From the NCBI GenBank assembly GCA_003971905.1, contig RSEE01000023.1, positions 62,001-126,000 on the forward strand: a DNA stretch of 64,000 bases. Direction: 5' to 3'. The stretch comes from Moniliella sp. 'wahieum'. Taxonomy: Eukaryota. Shown here piece by piece: positions 53,545 to 64,000 of the stretch. Positions within the stretch are counted from its first letter, which is position 1, and every line of letters begins with the position of its first letter. The notes beneath the pieces were generated by a model. That model saw nothing but the letters and a program-made list of their open reading frames with translations, was not told where the DNA came from and did no database searches. The translations under genes and the position numbers were made by a program.

Positions 53545-54236
53545 GATGGTGGTGAGAGGGAGAGGGATGCTTCAGTTCATAGAGGCAGCAATACGAGCGA
53601 TAGCCTCGGTGAGAAGTAGAGGCGAGCCTGCTCGCTTAGCACAAAAGAGATTCGCCAGCAGGGCAGGGGACGATCAGAACGTTCATAGGCGAGACTAGCG
53701 TCGGCAAAGCCCAAAGCAGATAGGCGGAAGGAAGGAAAAAGCCCAGTGTAGGTACAGCCGACACGAAATAGACACGCAAGCGCAGAACTGTGGGGTGGCC
53801 GGCCCTTGACTTCGCAGCTTCAATCGCAAGCATTTTGGGGGCAGGACAACCGACCCAAAGGTGTGGTCGATCGGCTGTGCTGCCGCCATTGGCGACTCGC
53901 TTACGGCTCAGCGAAATGCATGGGCGGCAGTCTGTAATGCTCTGGGTGGCCGGGGGGACCGCGTCGGCCTCGTGTCTCCAGTCGGAGGATGAATGTACCA
54001 TGAGATGGCAAGTGTGACCGTCGGACGCAGTTGGACGAGCCGTAAATTAAATCCCCCTGCGCCACTTGTCGAAATTACGGACGTCGACGACGATTGAGGC
54101 TGAAAGAGAGAGGCGGAGGAACAAGCGGCGGAAAGGGAGCAGCCGTGTTAAAGTGGACGTCGAAGGGGGATGTGCAGTACGAGGTCACAGGAACTGCGGG
54201 CATCCGCCATCCACCCCTCCATCCCCGAATCGAGAC

Positions 54237-56961
54237 ATGGCCCGACCCCACCACCTCCTTTGGCTCCTACCACTCGGAAGCCAACCCCAACACTTCTCCT
54301 CCTCCAAGTCCCGCTCCCATTCCCATTCCCATTCTCATCCTCGCTTTCAATTCCCATTCTCACCCTCGCTCCCATTCTCATTCCCATCCTCATTCGCGTT
54401 CTCACTCGCATTCCTCTCATCGCTCTGACCCCCCCTTACAGCGGAAAAAGGGCAAGGAGAAGGGAGAAAGACAGAGAGAAAGGAGCGTATATTTTACATG
54501 ACCGCCATGCTGGAAAAGACAGCAAAGTCGTCCGCTACAACCCGTTTGGGGTGGCAAGGTCTCGGCCTCGATCCCTTCTCCACCTATCGCGTGAGGGTCA
54601 AGTTATTTCACGGTGCCAGGGGGGCATTGGTCCACTTCCCAAACCTAAAAATTACGAGCGAGCTTACCTGGGACACAGGGGAGTTTGTACCCTTCATTCA
54701 CCACGAGAGGGGAGGAGAGTGTTGGACTTCCTTTCTGACTCTTCGGCCGCGAGGAGGAGAAGGAGGGAAACGGATCAGCAGCACCAACAGCAGCAACTTC
54801 GACTTCACAACAACATGGGCCTGCTTTGGAGCGGGTGGATGGGCCTACCAACCGCATTATACAGGCCACCCAAAGAGTGACAGGCATTCATCAGATCCCC
54901 ATGCCTGGCTCGACCTGGCCCGCGCCCAGGTCCACTTGGCTCGTCCCGAGCTACAATTGAGGCACAGATATCTGTTTTAGAAGTGGTATCAAGGGTGGCT
55001 GTTGTGAGGTGGAAATTCCCCTGGCTCTGGTAATGCTGTGTGCTCATCACATGAAGACCTACGGATGGGACTCGGTTCTTCCCCTCCCGCCTAATCCTGC
55101 TCCAACGGTGTACACCCAGCTTCATCACAAGGCAAGATCACATTATGGGAAGCGTTTCTATCCTCCATGCCTTCTCTTTCCTCTTGGACGCTGGAGACGT
55201 CGCTAGAGAAGCACTGCTTGGCTCTGGACGCATTGAAGGAAGAGGGAGAACTTGCCTTGGTTTCCATCCAGATCCGCATTGCCAACGTGCTGCGGCAAGC
55301 GGGACATTATGAGACAGGTTTCGCCTTGCTGCAGGCTCAAATGGGGCTTGCCACCCAGCCAGGCAATTGGGCCGATGGTGGGACGGCGAAAGCATGCCGC
55401 GTTGGGGCGAATCTACCGCTCCTACTGGCGATTCCCCGATGGAGCCCCCATCTTCTTCTGTGTTGGTACCAACTGCTTCTGAGGACCTTATCCTTGCTCC
55501 TTAAAACCCGATCTTGATCGTTGGCTTCAGGAGAATGGAACCCACTTGCCGACCCGAGGCGGGAACGACGACCACCTCGTCCTATGGGAGGAAATAGAGC
55601 CCTATCTCATTCCTGCGGACGTGGGAGGCAATCAACAAGGTGCGCATGGCCTTGTTTCAGTATATGCTTTGTCCCCTCGTTCCGGGGCTGGAACCGGAGA
55701 TTGCTGTGCTGCCTTCAGGAAGCGTTGCTTCACCCTGTGGCACTAAACAAGTTCTGGCAGGGGGATGTGCACCAGCCATTTTTCACCCTCTACCTCCTCC
55801 TGCTCTGGGCCCCGAAGGCTTTCCCCCCTCTCTTGGGGAGGGCGAGTGCGGGTTCACTCATTTGCCTCCTCCATGGGTTGCGTGGGCCCAAACTAACTTA
55901 CCCTCGGTCGAGGGCTTGCTGTCCGCATCAGTACCCTGTTTACCACTCACCAGGCACGGAGCGAAGTGTCACTGCTGATGTCGCTTGTTGGATGCACCGC
56001 CGACGATCTGTCCCGGAAAGGGAAACGTTTGCTACGCAATGAAGGTGGTTTGCATGCTTGGACTGCCTATGCCCTTGCGGCGTGTAGGGTGGTCAACTTC
56101 GTCCGATCATCGCGTGTCTTGCACATTTGGATGCAGGCCATCCCTTACTATGGACCCAGCTTGCCCTTCATGTGTCACCCGTATTTATCCCCGCTTGCTC
56201 AACCAAGCTCATCGTGCCGATGGGCAAGGGGGGAAGATCTGGACTGGGTTTTGCACCCTCCTGGGCCGGATTCGCAAGAAGAACAAGATGCCCCAGTACG
56301 TTCCGGAGCTACCAAGCCCCCTGTTGAAAACATTGTGGGAGTATACTGTCGCACCTCCTCGGGACCGGGAGAGTATTCTGACTCGATTCCTCCACCTCGA
56401 AAAAGGGGAGGCCGCACGCCTCCAACTTGCGTCATGGGTATACCGCCTTCCTACGGAGTACGCACTCCCTCCTCCTGCGGCGCGCGCATTCTCTTACAAG
56501 GGAGGTGGCTTCCCTTCATCGCCGCAACGGAGACGGGAGTGGGGCGCCTGGATGGGCAAGTAGAGAAGCTGGTACGCTCACTCGTGGCTGATCCGGAGCT
56601 TCCTTTCTCTCCGGAAGAAGAGGACGGACAGTACGTTCCCATCTGCTCCGGGTCTACTACAGTTACCACCTGCGCTGGGACGTGTCTGCCGCGCTGGAAG
56701 AGGCCGTGCAGGCCTGTCCCCACGCCCGCTCCTCTGGGCTGTCTACCTGCACTGGGCCGGCGCGAGCGCTCCAAGGACCAACACTCGGGCCTGGTGCACC
56801 GTGCCCTGCATGCCTGCCCTGGATCGAAGGCCATCTGGCTCTTGGCGCTTGCTCTCGACCCGTCGCCGGAATGCTCGCGCTCGCACAGGAACGTGGGCTG
56901 CGCCTGCTGCACCCGATACCTGCCCCCTCCCGTAAGACATGGGACTGTGTCATCCTGCTGA
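54237..56961 (+). CDS. NRDE2: NRDE-2/Nrl1 homolog (nuclear RNA processing, HAT-like repeats), heavily frameshifted
   Basis: N-terminal TSFGSY and His/Ser repeat, DPHAWLDL, NVLRQAGHYETGFALLQAQM, DDHLVLWEEIEPYL and HRALHACPGSKAIWL. Confidence 0.75.
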
Positions 56962-57314
56962 AGACCCGGTGGGGCAATGCTTCCCCAGAGGAGTACCGTA
57001 GACACGCGTGTTGTAGGCCGCCGGAGCCGGCAGCGTGGCGGGGAAGGCGGATTTCACTCGTGGCCGCGTGGCCATGCTCAAGCGATGCGTCACCGATTGG
57101 GGCGGCGGAGACAACCGCTCTACTCGGCGGCCCAATGAAGCTAGATTGCATAGCCCAGTCACATGGTCACGCTGCGCGCTGCGGAACATTGCACCGACTA
57201 GGGTTGGCCGCCGTTGCGCGTAGTATCGATGGTAGATAGCAGGCGGGGGGTGGCACGTGCGTGGCCATTGGAGGGAGCTGCCCTCCCCCTCCTCTCTTCC
57301 TCTTCCCCGTCACC

Positions 57315-59186
57315 ATGTCGAGCTACGGTGCTGTGCCTGCCCAAGAGGGCCTCCCTCTTCCTGCTGAGGCAGCCGTCCGCACTCCCGCGCTCCACAAGCT
57401 CGCCCGTCTCGCTCTTCTTGCGTTGGCCTTGCCGCGGCGGGCTTCTTTGCCCTCCGGCACTCCGCCAGCCCTGCGCCTCCGGCCACCCAGAGTGGGACGA
57501 CGCTGCCGCTTTTGTGCGTATCTCGATTGATATACATGTGCGTAGCTGACCGAAGTGCAGGCCAGCCTCCCGCGTGGCCAAGTGGCCTGGGCAAGTGCCC
57601 CGCAGGATTGGAGCAGTTTGACTGCGGCCGTCTGCAAGCGCCGCTGGATTACACCAACGAGGCCGACGTGCGCAACACCTCGGTGGCAGTTGTGCGCTTC
57701 CCAGCAGGTGGGGGAAAGACGGCTCGTGAGGATGTGTTGGGATCGTTATTGCTCAACCCTGGCGGCCCCGGCGGATCGGGGATTGCATTTGCGACGAACC
57801 GCAAGCCGCAGAACGGGAACCGGACTACGGCCGAGGTGTTTGACACTCTTTGAAGGGAGATATGACATTGTCTCTTTGATCCGCGTGGGATTGGTCGCAC
57901 CTGGCCGGGCGGTGCAGTGCCTCGATGCGCCCGATACTTTGTTTGTCTACGACTTCCAATCAATGGCCAATGGGGTGCTGGGTGCCACACCTCTCATGCA
58001 ACTAAGGCTGAGTTTGGCACCGACCTGGCCCAGCTTTCTCTCTTCTCCTCCCTCTGCGCGGCCAACTCGACACGCGAGGAGCAGATGAAGTACGTCAGCA
58101 CGCCTTTTGTCGCGCGCGACATGAAGCTGCTGTACGAAGGATTGAACGATACGGCCCTGCACTACTGGGGCTTTAGCTACGGTACCGTCCTCGGGTCAGT
58201 GTTTGCGGATATGTTCCCTGAGCACGTTGGCCGCGTGGCCATTGATGGTGTAGTGGACGTACCTGCCTACCACGAGGGTGCATGGAGCAACAATCTCCTC
58301 GACATTGAGGACGAGTTCCGGCTCCTGTTTGATGAGTGTGTTAAGGCAGGTCCTGAGGCCTGCCCTCTGGCCAAGTTGGTTCCCAAGCACGCCAAGGGCA
58401 GTGATCTCCACATTAGCGTATCCAACTGGCTGGAAACGCTCAAGGCTCATCCCATCCCGCATTGGAAGTATCTCCGCCGCAACTTCTCACCTTCTCCTCG
58501 GTAGGGCCAAATTTTCACTTCGCTCTATGCCCCTGTGCAATGGCCAGGACTGGTGAAGCGTCTTGCCGATGCGATGGAGGGGAACGTCACTGCTCTCGCT
58601 TCGGCGGGGGCTGTGACGCTGGAGCTGGAAGATAAGGTGTCGATTGGCGCGGATGGGGCCCCACACGCTGCGATTGCCTGTGGGGACGTGCTAGCCCCCT
58701 GGGGAGGACTGGAGTATTTCGCAGTACCGCACCCACCTTGAAGTGCTCCTCACTGACAGCCCTACTTTTGGCTACCTCTGGGCGGGATGGCCCAAGTGCT
58801 TGGGTGCCTGGCGACTGCGCGCCAAAGAACGCCACTTTGGTCACTTTGATTCCCCTACCGCCTTCCCTGTCTTGGCACTGGGCAATGACTACGACCCGGT
58901 TACCCCTGGCCGCTTTGCTGACCTGATGGCGTCCAAGTTCCCCTCGGCTGTCTCGGTTCGGCGGGAGGGGTACGGCCATTGCACCATCTCCCAGCCCTCA
59001 GAGTGCATTGAAAACATTCTACGAGACTACTTTATCCGGGGCAAGGTTCCGCAGCAAGACACTTATTGCAAGGTTAATAAGGATGCCCCCGTCTTCCCCC
59101 TTCCGGGTGTCAAGGCTCTGGCCACCCCGCATTGGACGGAGGGTGTGGGGGAGAGTCTCCATGAGATCCTCCGTCATGTCATGTGA
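57315..59186 (+). CDS. Alpha/beta-hydrolase, TAP-like (tripeptidyl aminopeptidase-like) peptidase
   Basis: CGRLQAPLDY, LLNPGGPGGSG, DPRGIG, nucleophile motif WGFSYGT, IDGVVD, DYDPVTP and GYGHCT; intron ~57514-57560. Confidence 0.9.
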
Positions 59187-59598
59187 GTGGCATGCTCTGG
59201 ACTTATTCTTTCTTGTCCCTTCGCTGCTCGCCCCGTTTGTTCGAGCAACACTACTTCTCTCCTCCCACGTGGGTTCCATCTTCCCACCTGGGCAAAGTTT
59301 CACCCAAATCATGTCAACGTTCAACAGTCAACCGCTGTGTCTCTTCAGAGGGAGAGCAATCTGAGTTTATAGGGAAAGCAATTTGAGCTTAAATCAATTG
59401 AGACGACGGCACTCGCTTCCCTGGTTGATGCCAGGGATTAGAGGGGACGGAAGCAAGGCAAAGCTTGCACGGGGCGGCAGCAGGAGCCCATGTCCATGGT
59501 GGAATTATAAGGGAAAAAGAGGGGGAGGGATAGGAAAGGAAAGGAAAGGATTGGGAGGGAAACGCGCAAGGAACAACCACTTAAATTAAGGCAGGTAC

Positions 59599-61631
59599 TT
59601 AGCAAACAGAGGACACTTCACGAGTGGTGCAGCTCACCAAAGCAAAGATCTTGCTCTCTGCGTCAGCAAGGCCCTGGGCAAAGTGGGAGTGTAGACTTCC
59701 CACGTCTTGCCAGTGTCCCCTGAGCCACTGAGCAGCAAAGGAGTCTGCAATATATTGCCCGTGGAAGCCCATCCGCGATACGGAAGACGCCTGCGATGCA
59801 AAGATCTTGGCGCTGTAGTACCCGTCACTGTAACCTGTGTTTCCCGCATGCTGCTCGGAGAAGCCCTCGCACCAACAACGCTGCCCGTGCTGCCGCACTG
59901 CCACCCCTCTTGGAAGGGGAATAGGGTAGCACAGGATCGGCAAGGGACTTGACCCCATTGGTGATCTTGCTTAACACTTGCGTCATGTTCCCCCGTGGTT
60001 GTGCCAATTTCCGCCCTCCCTTTGACGAGCCGGAGCCGGAGCCTGAAGCAGAGCTTGATCCGGACCCGGACCGGAGGAGGCCGAATTGGTCCAAGCTCAG
60101 GGGGCTGGTCATCAGCTTGGTGTTGATAGTAGCCATAAAGCACCAGCCAGCATTCTGCTCGCACGATTCCAACCGCCAAGACCAGAAGGACCATCCGCCA
60201 GCGTTCTTCTGATAAACGCTGGACTGGGCATTGCAGAAGCCTTGTTGGGAGTTGTGGGCATCACGTGCGCCAGACAGACTGCTGGAGGCCAGAGCACAGC
60301 TCCATTCGCCCACAATCAGGTTGTTGGGCGGTACTGCTATTGCTGGACAAATATTGAGCCACCGAGCCTTCGATCTGAGATGTATGCCCACGGGCAGAGG
60401 TGCTCTTGTCGGAGGAAGAATAGACGTAGTACATGTGGTTGTCCTGCACCACAAAGTCGGTGCGGCCATGGACAAAGGCGGAGCCCTCGGAGAGGCTGAA
60501 GCCGTCATGGAAGAAGATGGGAAGCATTTTGGCCTGAGGGTTGTTGGCCTTGCGCATCGCGTTCATGGCTGTGGTGAGCCACGGGTAAAGCTGCTTGCGG
60601 TACCCACCATTAGGCTCGTTGAGTGTCTCAATCCCGATCACATTGGTCACATTGGCATACTGCTCCGTCAGGTGCACAAGCAGATCCGTCGTACGTGCCA
60701 TGTTACTCTGGGTGAAGAATCCAATCTTGCCGTCTGACACCCCTGAGTGCGCCTGGCCGTTTTGGCTGCCATACGCGCCATGCAGGTCGATCAGCACGCC
60801 AATGTCGTACTCAGCGGCCCATTGGATCGCCCGGGTGAGATAGCGCAATTCATTGGCATACACCGACAGCCATGCTTGGAACGGGGTGTTATTGAGCCAC
60901 TGTGATGTCCCATGCTCCAGTAACCAATGGGGATGCGCACCGTGTTGACGCCCATCGAGGCCATCTTGGCAAAATCGGCCTTGGTAACCCACGTGTCCCA
61001 GTGCTTCTCCATTCGTGCCTTGGCACTCGACAAGCCTGTGCTTGATACCCCGTACCCGGTCAACACATCGTGCTCGGCTGTCGCGGCTTGGTTCGCACAG
61101 GTAAACATCGAGGGTGCCATCCAGTTCTCGAGGACAAACCTGGTCGGCGTTAGCTTTCACTGTGAAAGGTGCAGCAAACGAAGGGTCACGTACCAGCTGC
61201 CTAGGTTGACCGAGATTGCTTGCGATAGCGCATAATGTTGGCGCTTGTAGAATCAAAAGGAGAAAAGTCGTTGGCCTGAGGCAGAGAAGAGGAGGGCGTG
61301 TAGTCATCCAGCACTGGCATCCGCCCGGGCCGACAGTGGAGCAAAGTTATTGCCCGACGAGGCAGCCCAGTTCGTCGGGACATACAGAGACGGAGTACCC
61401 ATTCGCTCTCGTTCTGGCTCTGGTGGGGGAGGTTGATCTGTTTGTATGTCCCATTCGACGAGCCGGCGACTTGGAAGCTGTTGCCTCCGTGTTGGCCAGT
61501 GGGCAGGGCAACGTTGGTTGAGCTGGGTTGGGAAGGATGGGGGTAGGTTTGTAAGTGGCGAGGGCGAGGGAAAGACTGCTCAACAGTCCTTGCAGGGGCC
61601 CAGCCTGTTCTGCGCGAGAGAAGAAACGCAT
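59599..61631 (-). CDS. GH5 exo-beta-1,3-glucanase-like protein
   Basis: VNLGSW[intron ~61140-61193]FVLENWM, HWDTWVT, NTVRIPIGYW, IDLHGAYGSQNG, catalytic LNEP, VGEWS and GWSFWSW. Confidence 0.92.
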
Positions 61632-62383
61632 ATCGTTCGGCCAGCGAGCTCAGCGTCCAGCGTCCAGCGCTTGATGGATGTCTACCAGAGACAAGAGGAG
61701 GCGAGGACCAGCCTGCGCCGAGTGAAGATGTGAGGCGGTGAAAGGTTGGAGGGGAGGGGGGGAAAGAGAGTGGGATGGAGGACGCCAGGGAAGAGACGTC
61801 TTAACAGGGCGAGGAAAGCTCTTCTCCGCAACCCACCCTTTCCGATTAAGGCGATAGTAGTGGATTTGGTGCTGATGAGATGGCAGCGAGGTGCGTTGGG
61901 ATATGGAGAGCGATGTTGAGAGTGGCGAAGGCACTGTGATGAGCGAAGCGAGGTAGCCGATCGATGATGACGCAGGTTCCAAGTCGATGCGCTGGGAGCA
62001 GATGCGGCTTGTTTTGCAGAACAAAGTAGTGAGGCTGGAATGTGTGGCTGGTGGTCGTGGCCTACCTTGTCTGTCCTGGCAGGCTGCCCCTTTGGCTCGG
62101 TTCCAGGTGTGCGGAACAGAGGTAGAATATGCTGAGTACTTCAAACGTGTTCCTGCTGGAGATGGTGCATGAGCATGATGCATGAGCGCTGCGCAGGTGG
62201 CGAGGATGCTCAGCACGGGAGCAGTAGAAATTAGGTGTGACCGCGTGACCGGTGAGCTCGCCGGTAATGGGTTCTGTTTTGTCACATGTCACAGACCGCC
62301 ACCCAAAGCACCAGCCGAGTCGTCATGATGATGACCTACTTGCCATGTGGGTGATCTTGACGTCGATCCTGTAATGTCGCAGT

Positions 62384-62460
62384 CGCAGGACCCAGTCAAG
62401 TGAGCTCTCCTCTCTCAGTGCACGCAGGACCCAGTCAAGTGAGTCTCCTCTCTCAGTGCA
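62384..62460. repeat. ~39-bp direct tandem duplication
   Basis: CGCAGGACCCAGTCAAGTGAG(C)TCTCCTCTCTCAGTGCA twice. Confidence 0.9.
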
Positions 62461-64000
62461 CACAGGCCTCCGTCCTGGTTCTGTGCTCGTCTACGGGCCA
62501 CCATTTCCGTTACCTACCCCAGCCCCGGAACCGCGAGGACTGAGACTTGGCTGCAGGCCTTGTGCCAACGCTGCGGTGGGGCGAACAACTCCATAAGATC
62601 AAGATCGCACATGTGCATGAACGTTGAACGTTGAAAACGTAGTACGACCGTGGGCGCCAGTGGCCCGCGTGGTTCTTAGCTTGGATCTTATCCACGCTTA
62701 GGCTAGTTACCAGTTGCTAATAGCTTTACTGCATGCTAGTTATCTTATCGACTACAGGGTTATTAGTCACATATTAGCCACATGCACCGCTGCTGCCACG
62801 CCAGAGACCACGCCCCATGTCACCCCTGCGCTGCAAGCCATGCCGCACCAATATTGTCCCTATGACAAACTAAGGTCCCACAAGCCCTAAGATCCTAGGA
62901 CCTAAAACCTTAAGGTTTAAGACTAAAGCGAAGCTTCAACTTCCCACAGGTCTTACTTCAAGCTTCAAGCCTCACAGGCCCCAGATCTCGGAGGGCCCCA
63001 AGGCAGGCCCAAGCGACGGACGGCAGTAGTGAAGACGTGACAAGAGGTGTGGTTGCGGCCGAGTTTCCGTGACGCGTGACGCGTGACAAGCGAGATGTGG
63101 CACGCGACACTGCGCGCACACTGTTGAAATTGTTGAACGATAATCGATAATCGATGATCTCGAGTTTATATATATCGAAGCCATGAAAGTTGGTGCGGCC
63201 TGGTGTGGCTGGTGGGGTTGGCTTGAGTGAGTAGAGACAGTTAAACATCAGTGCATTGTGCTGAGGCTCAGCGCTCAGTCTGAGCGCTGAACCTCCGCAG
63301 CCTTGCTAATTTGATTAGCACCTCAGCTAGGCGCGCTGAGCCTCAGCGCCCAGGTTATAATAAGCGGTTGAGAGCAACTCTGAAAGCGCAGCGAAGCAGG
63401 TGGATTGGAACTCATAGCAGTACGTACAAAGTTTATTGGGTATCACCTGCTACACCGTTGCCCCCCTGGTCCCTGCGCGGTCGAAGGAGATTCTATCGCT
63501 TGAAAGGTATATTTCAATTTGGAACCGAAGACCGTGGCGTTGCGAGTCGATGACACATTAAATAGAGAGTTCGTCTGAGGAAAAACTCTCGGGAACTCAA
63601 CGTTCGACGATAATTGTGTTGGTAGTGGTGACGTGGATATGATTGCTTTTCGAGGTCCCCTGTAGCACGCCTAACCCTTACGCCCGCTGCCTCCTTTGTG
63701 CTTCTCCCTGTCAGTTTCTCTCTCTTTAATACAACAGTAGACCGAGTAGACCGACACCGCTTCCACATCTTTAGTGTGTATAAGACCGGAGGAACAGAAG
63801 GGGTTGGGTGATGAATCTCTGGAAATGTATTAGGGCAATGCAATCGCGGTGGTGGTGTGACATGTAACAGGAGATGGAGGTGAAGTCATACGCCGGGGCA
63901 GCAGGCCCCTTGGTAAGGATGTCACGAGCGCTGAGGTGGATTGTGGCGATAGCATACTCAGTACGCGGGAGCCAGTCGCGGGTCTCCCATTTGTCGGCTT

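Noticed and set aside
9419..61631. Cell-wall/carbohydrate gene cluster (chitin synthase, GH16, GH5, transporters)
   Set aside because: The genes are spread over 50 kb and interleaved with unrelated housekeeping genes.
63514..64000. 109-aa minus-strand ORF near the right edge
   Set aside because: No recognisable domain or splice structure; unsupported.

Overview
Eukaryotic, gene-dense fungal DNA, most likely a basidiomycete and probably Ustilaginomycotina-like (inferred from protein resemblance and short GT-AG introns with GTGCGT/GTACGT donors and CTAAC/CTGAC branch points). About 21 protein genes are present: NKAP-like, AVL9, CSN7-like, poly(A) polymerase, myosin-motor chitin synthase, HMG-CoA lyase, RPL8, RPA49, pirin, GH16, RPS30, ITFG1/LINKIN, ERB1, two MFS sugar porters, a velvet protein, NRDE2, a TAP-like peptidase, a GH5 exoglucanase and two orphans, plus an intron-containing tRNA-Gly(TCC). 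Nearly every long gene is broken by 1-bp indels; internal controls indicate consensus sequencing errors rather than pseudogenes, so CDS boundaries are approximate. Three observations stand out. (1) Intergenic DNA carries many different 7-bp tandem arrays that follow one rule, (TNA + 4-bp palindrome)n, which may be iterated footprints of a TNA-targeting transposon or a hairpin-based repair process. (2) A ~3.47-kb inverted duplication of a sugar transporter with its promoter surrounds a 2.4-kb unique spacer; the cores are near-identical but the edges are diverged, suggesting gene conversion. (3) The long RPL8 intron hides a candidate stop-containing cassette exon. All family calls come from motif recognition by eye; no database searches were run.
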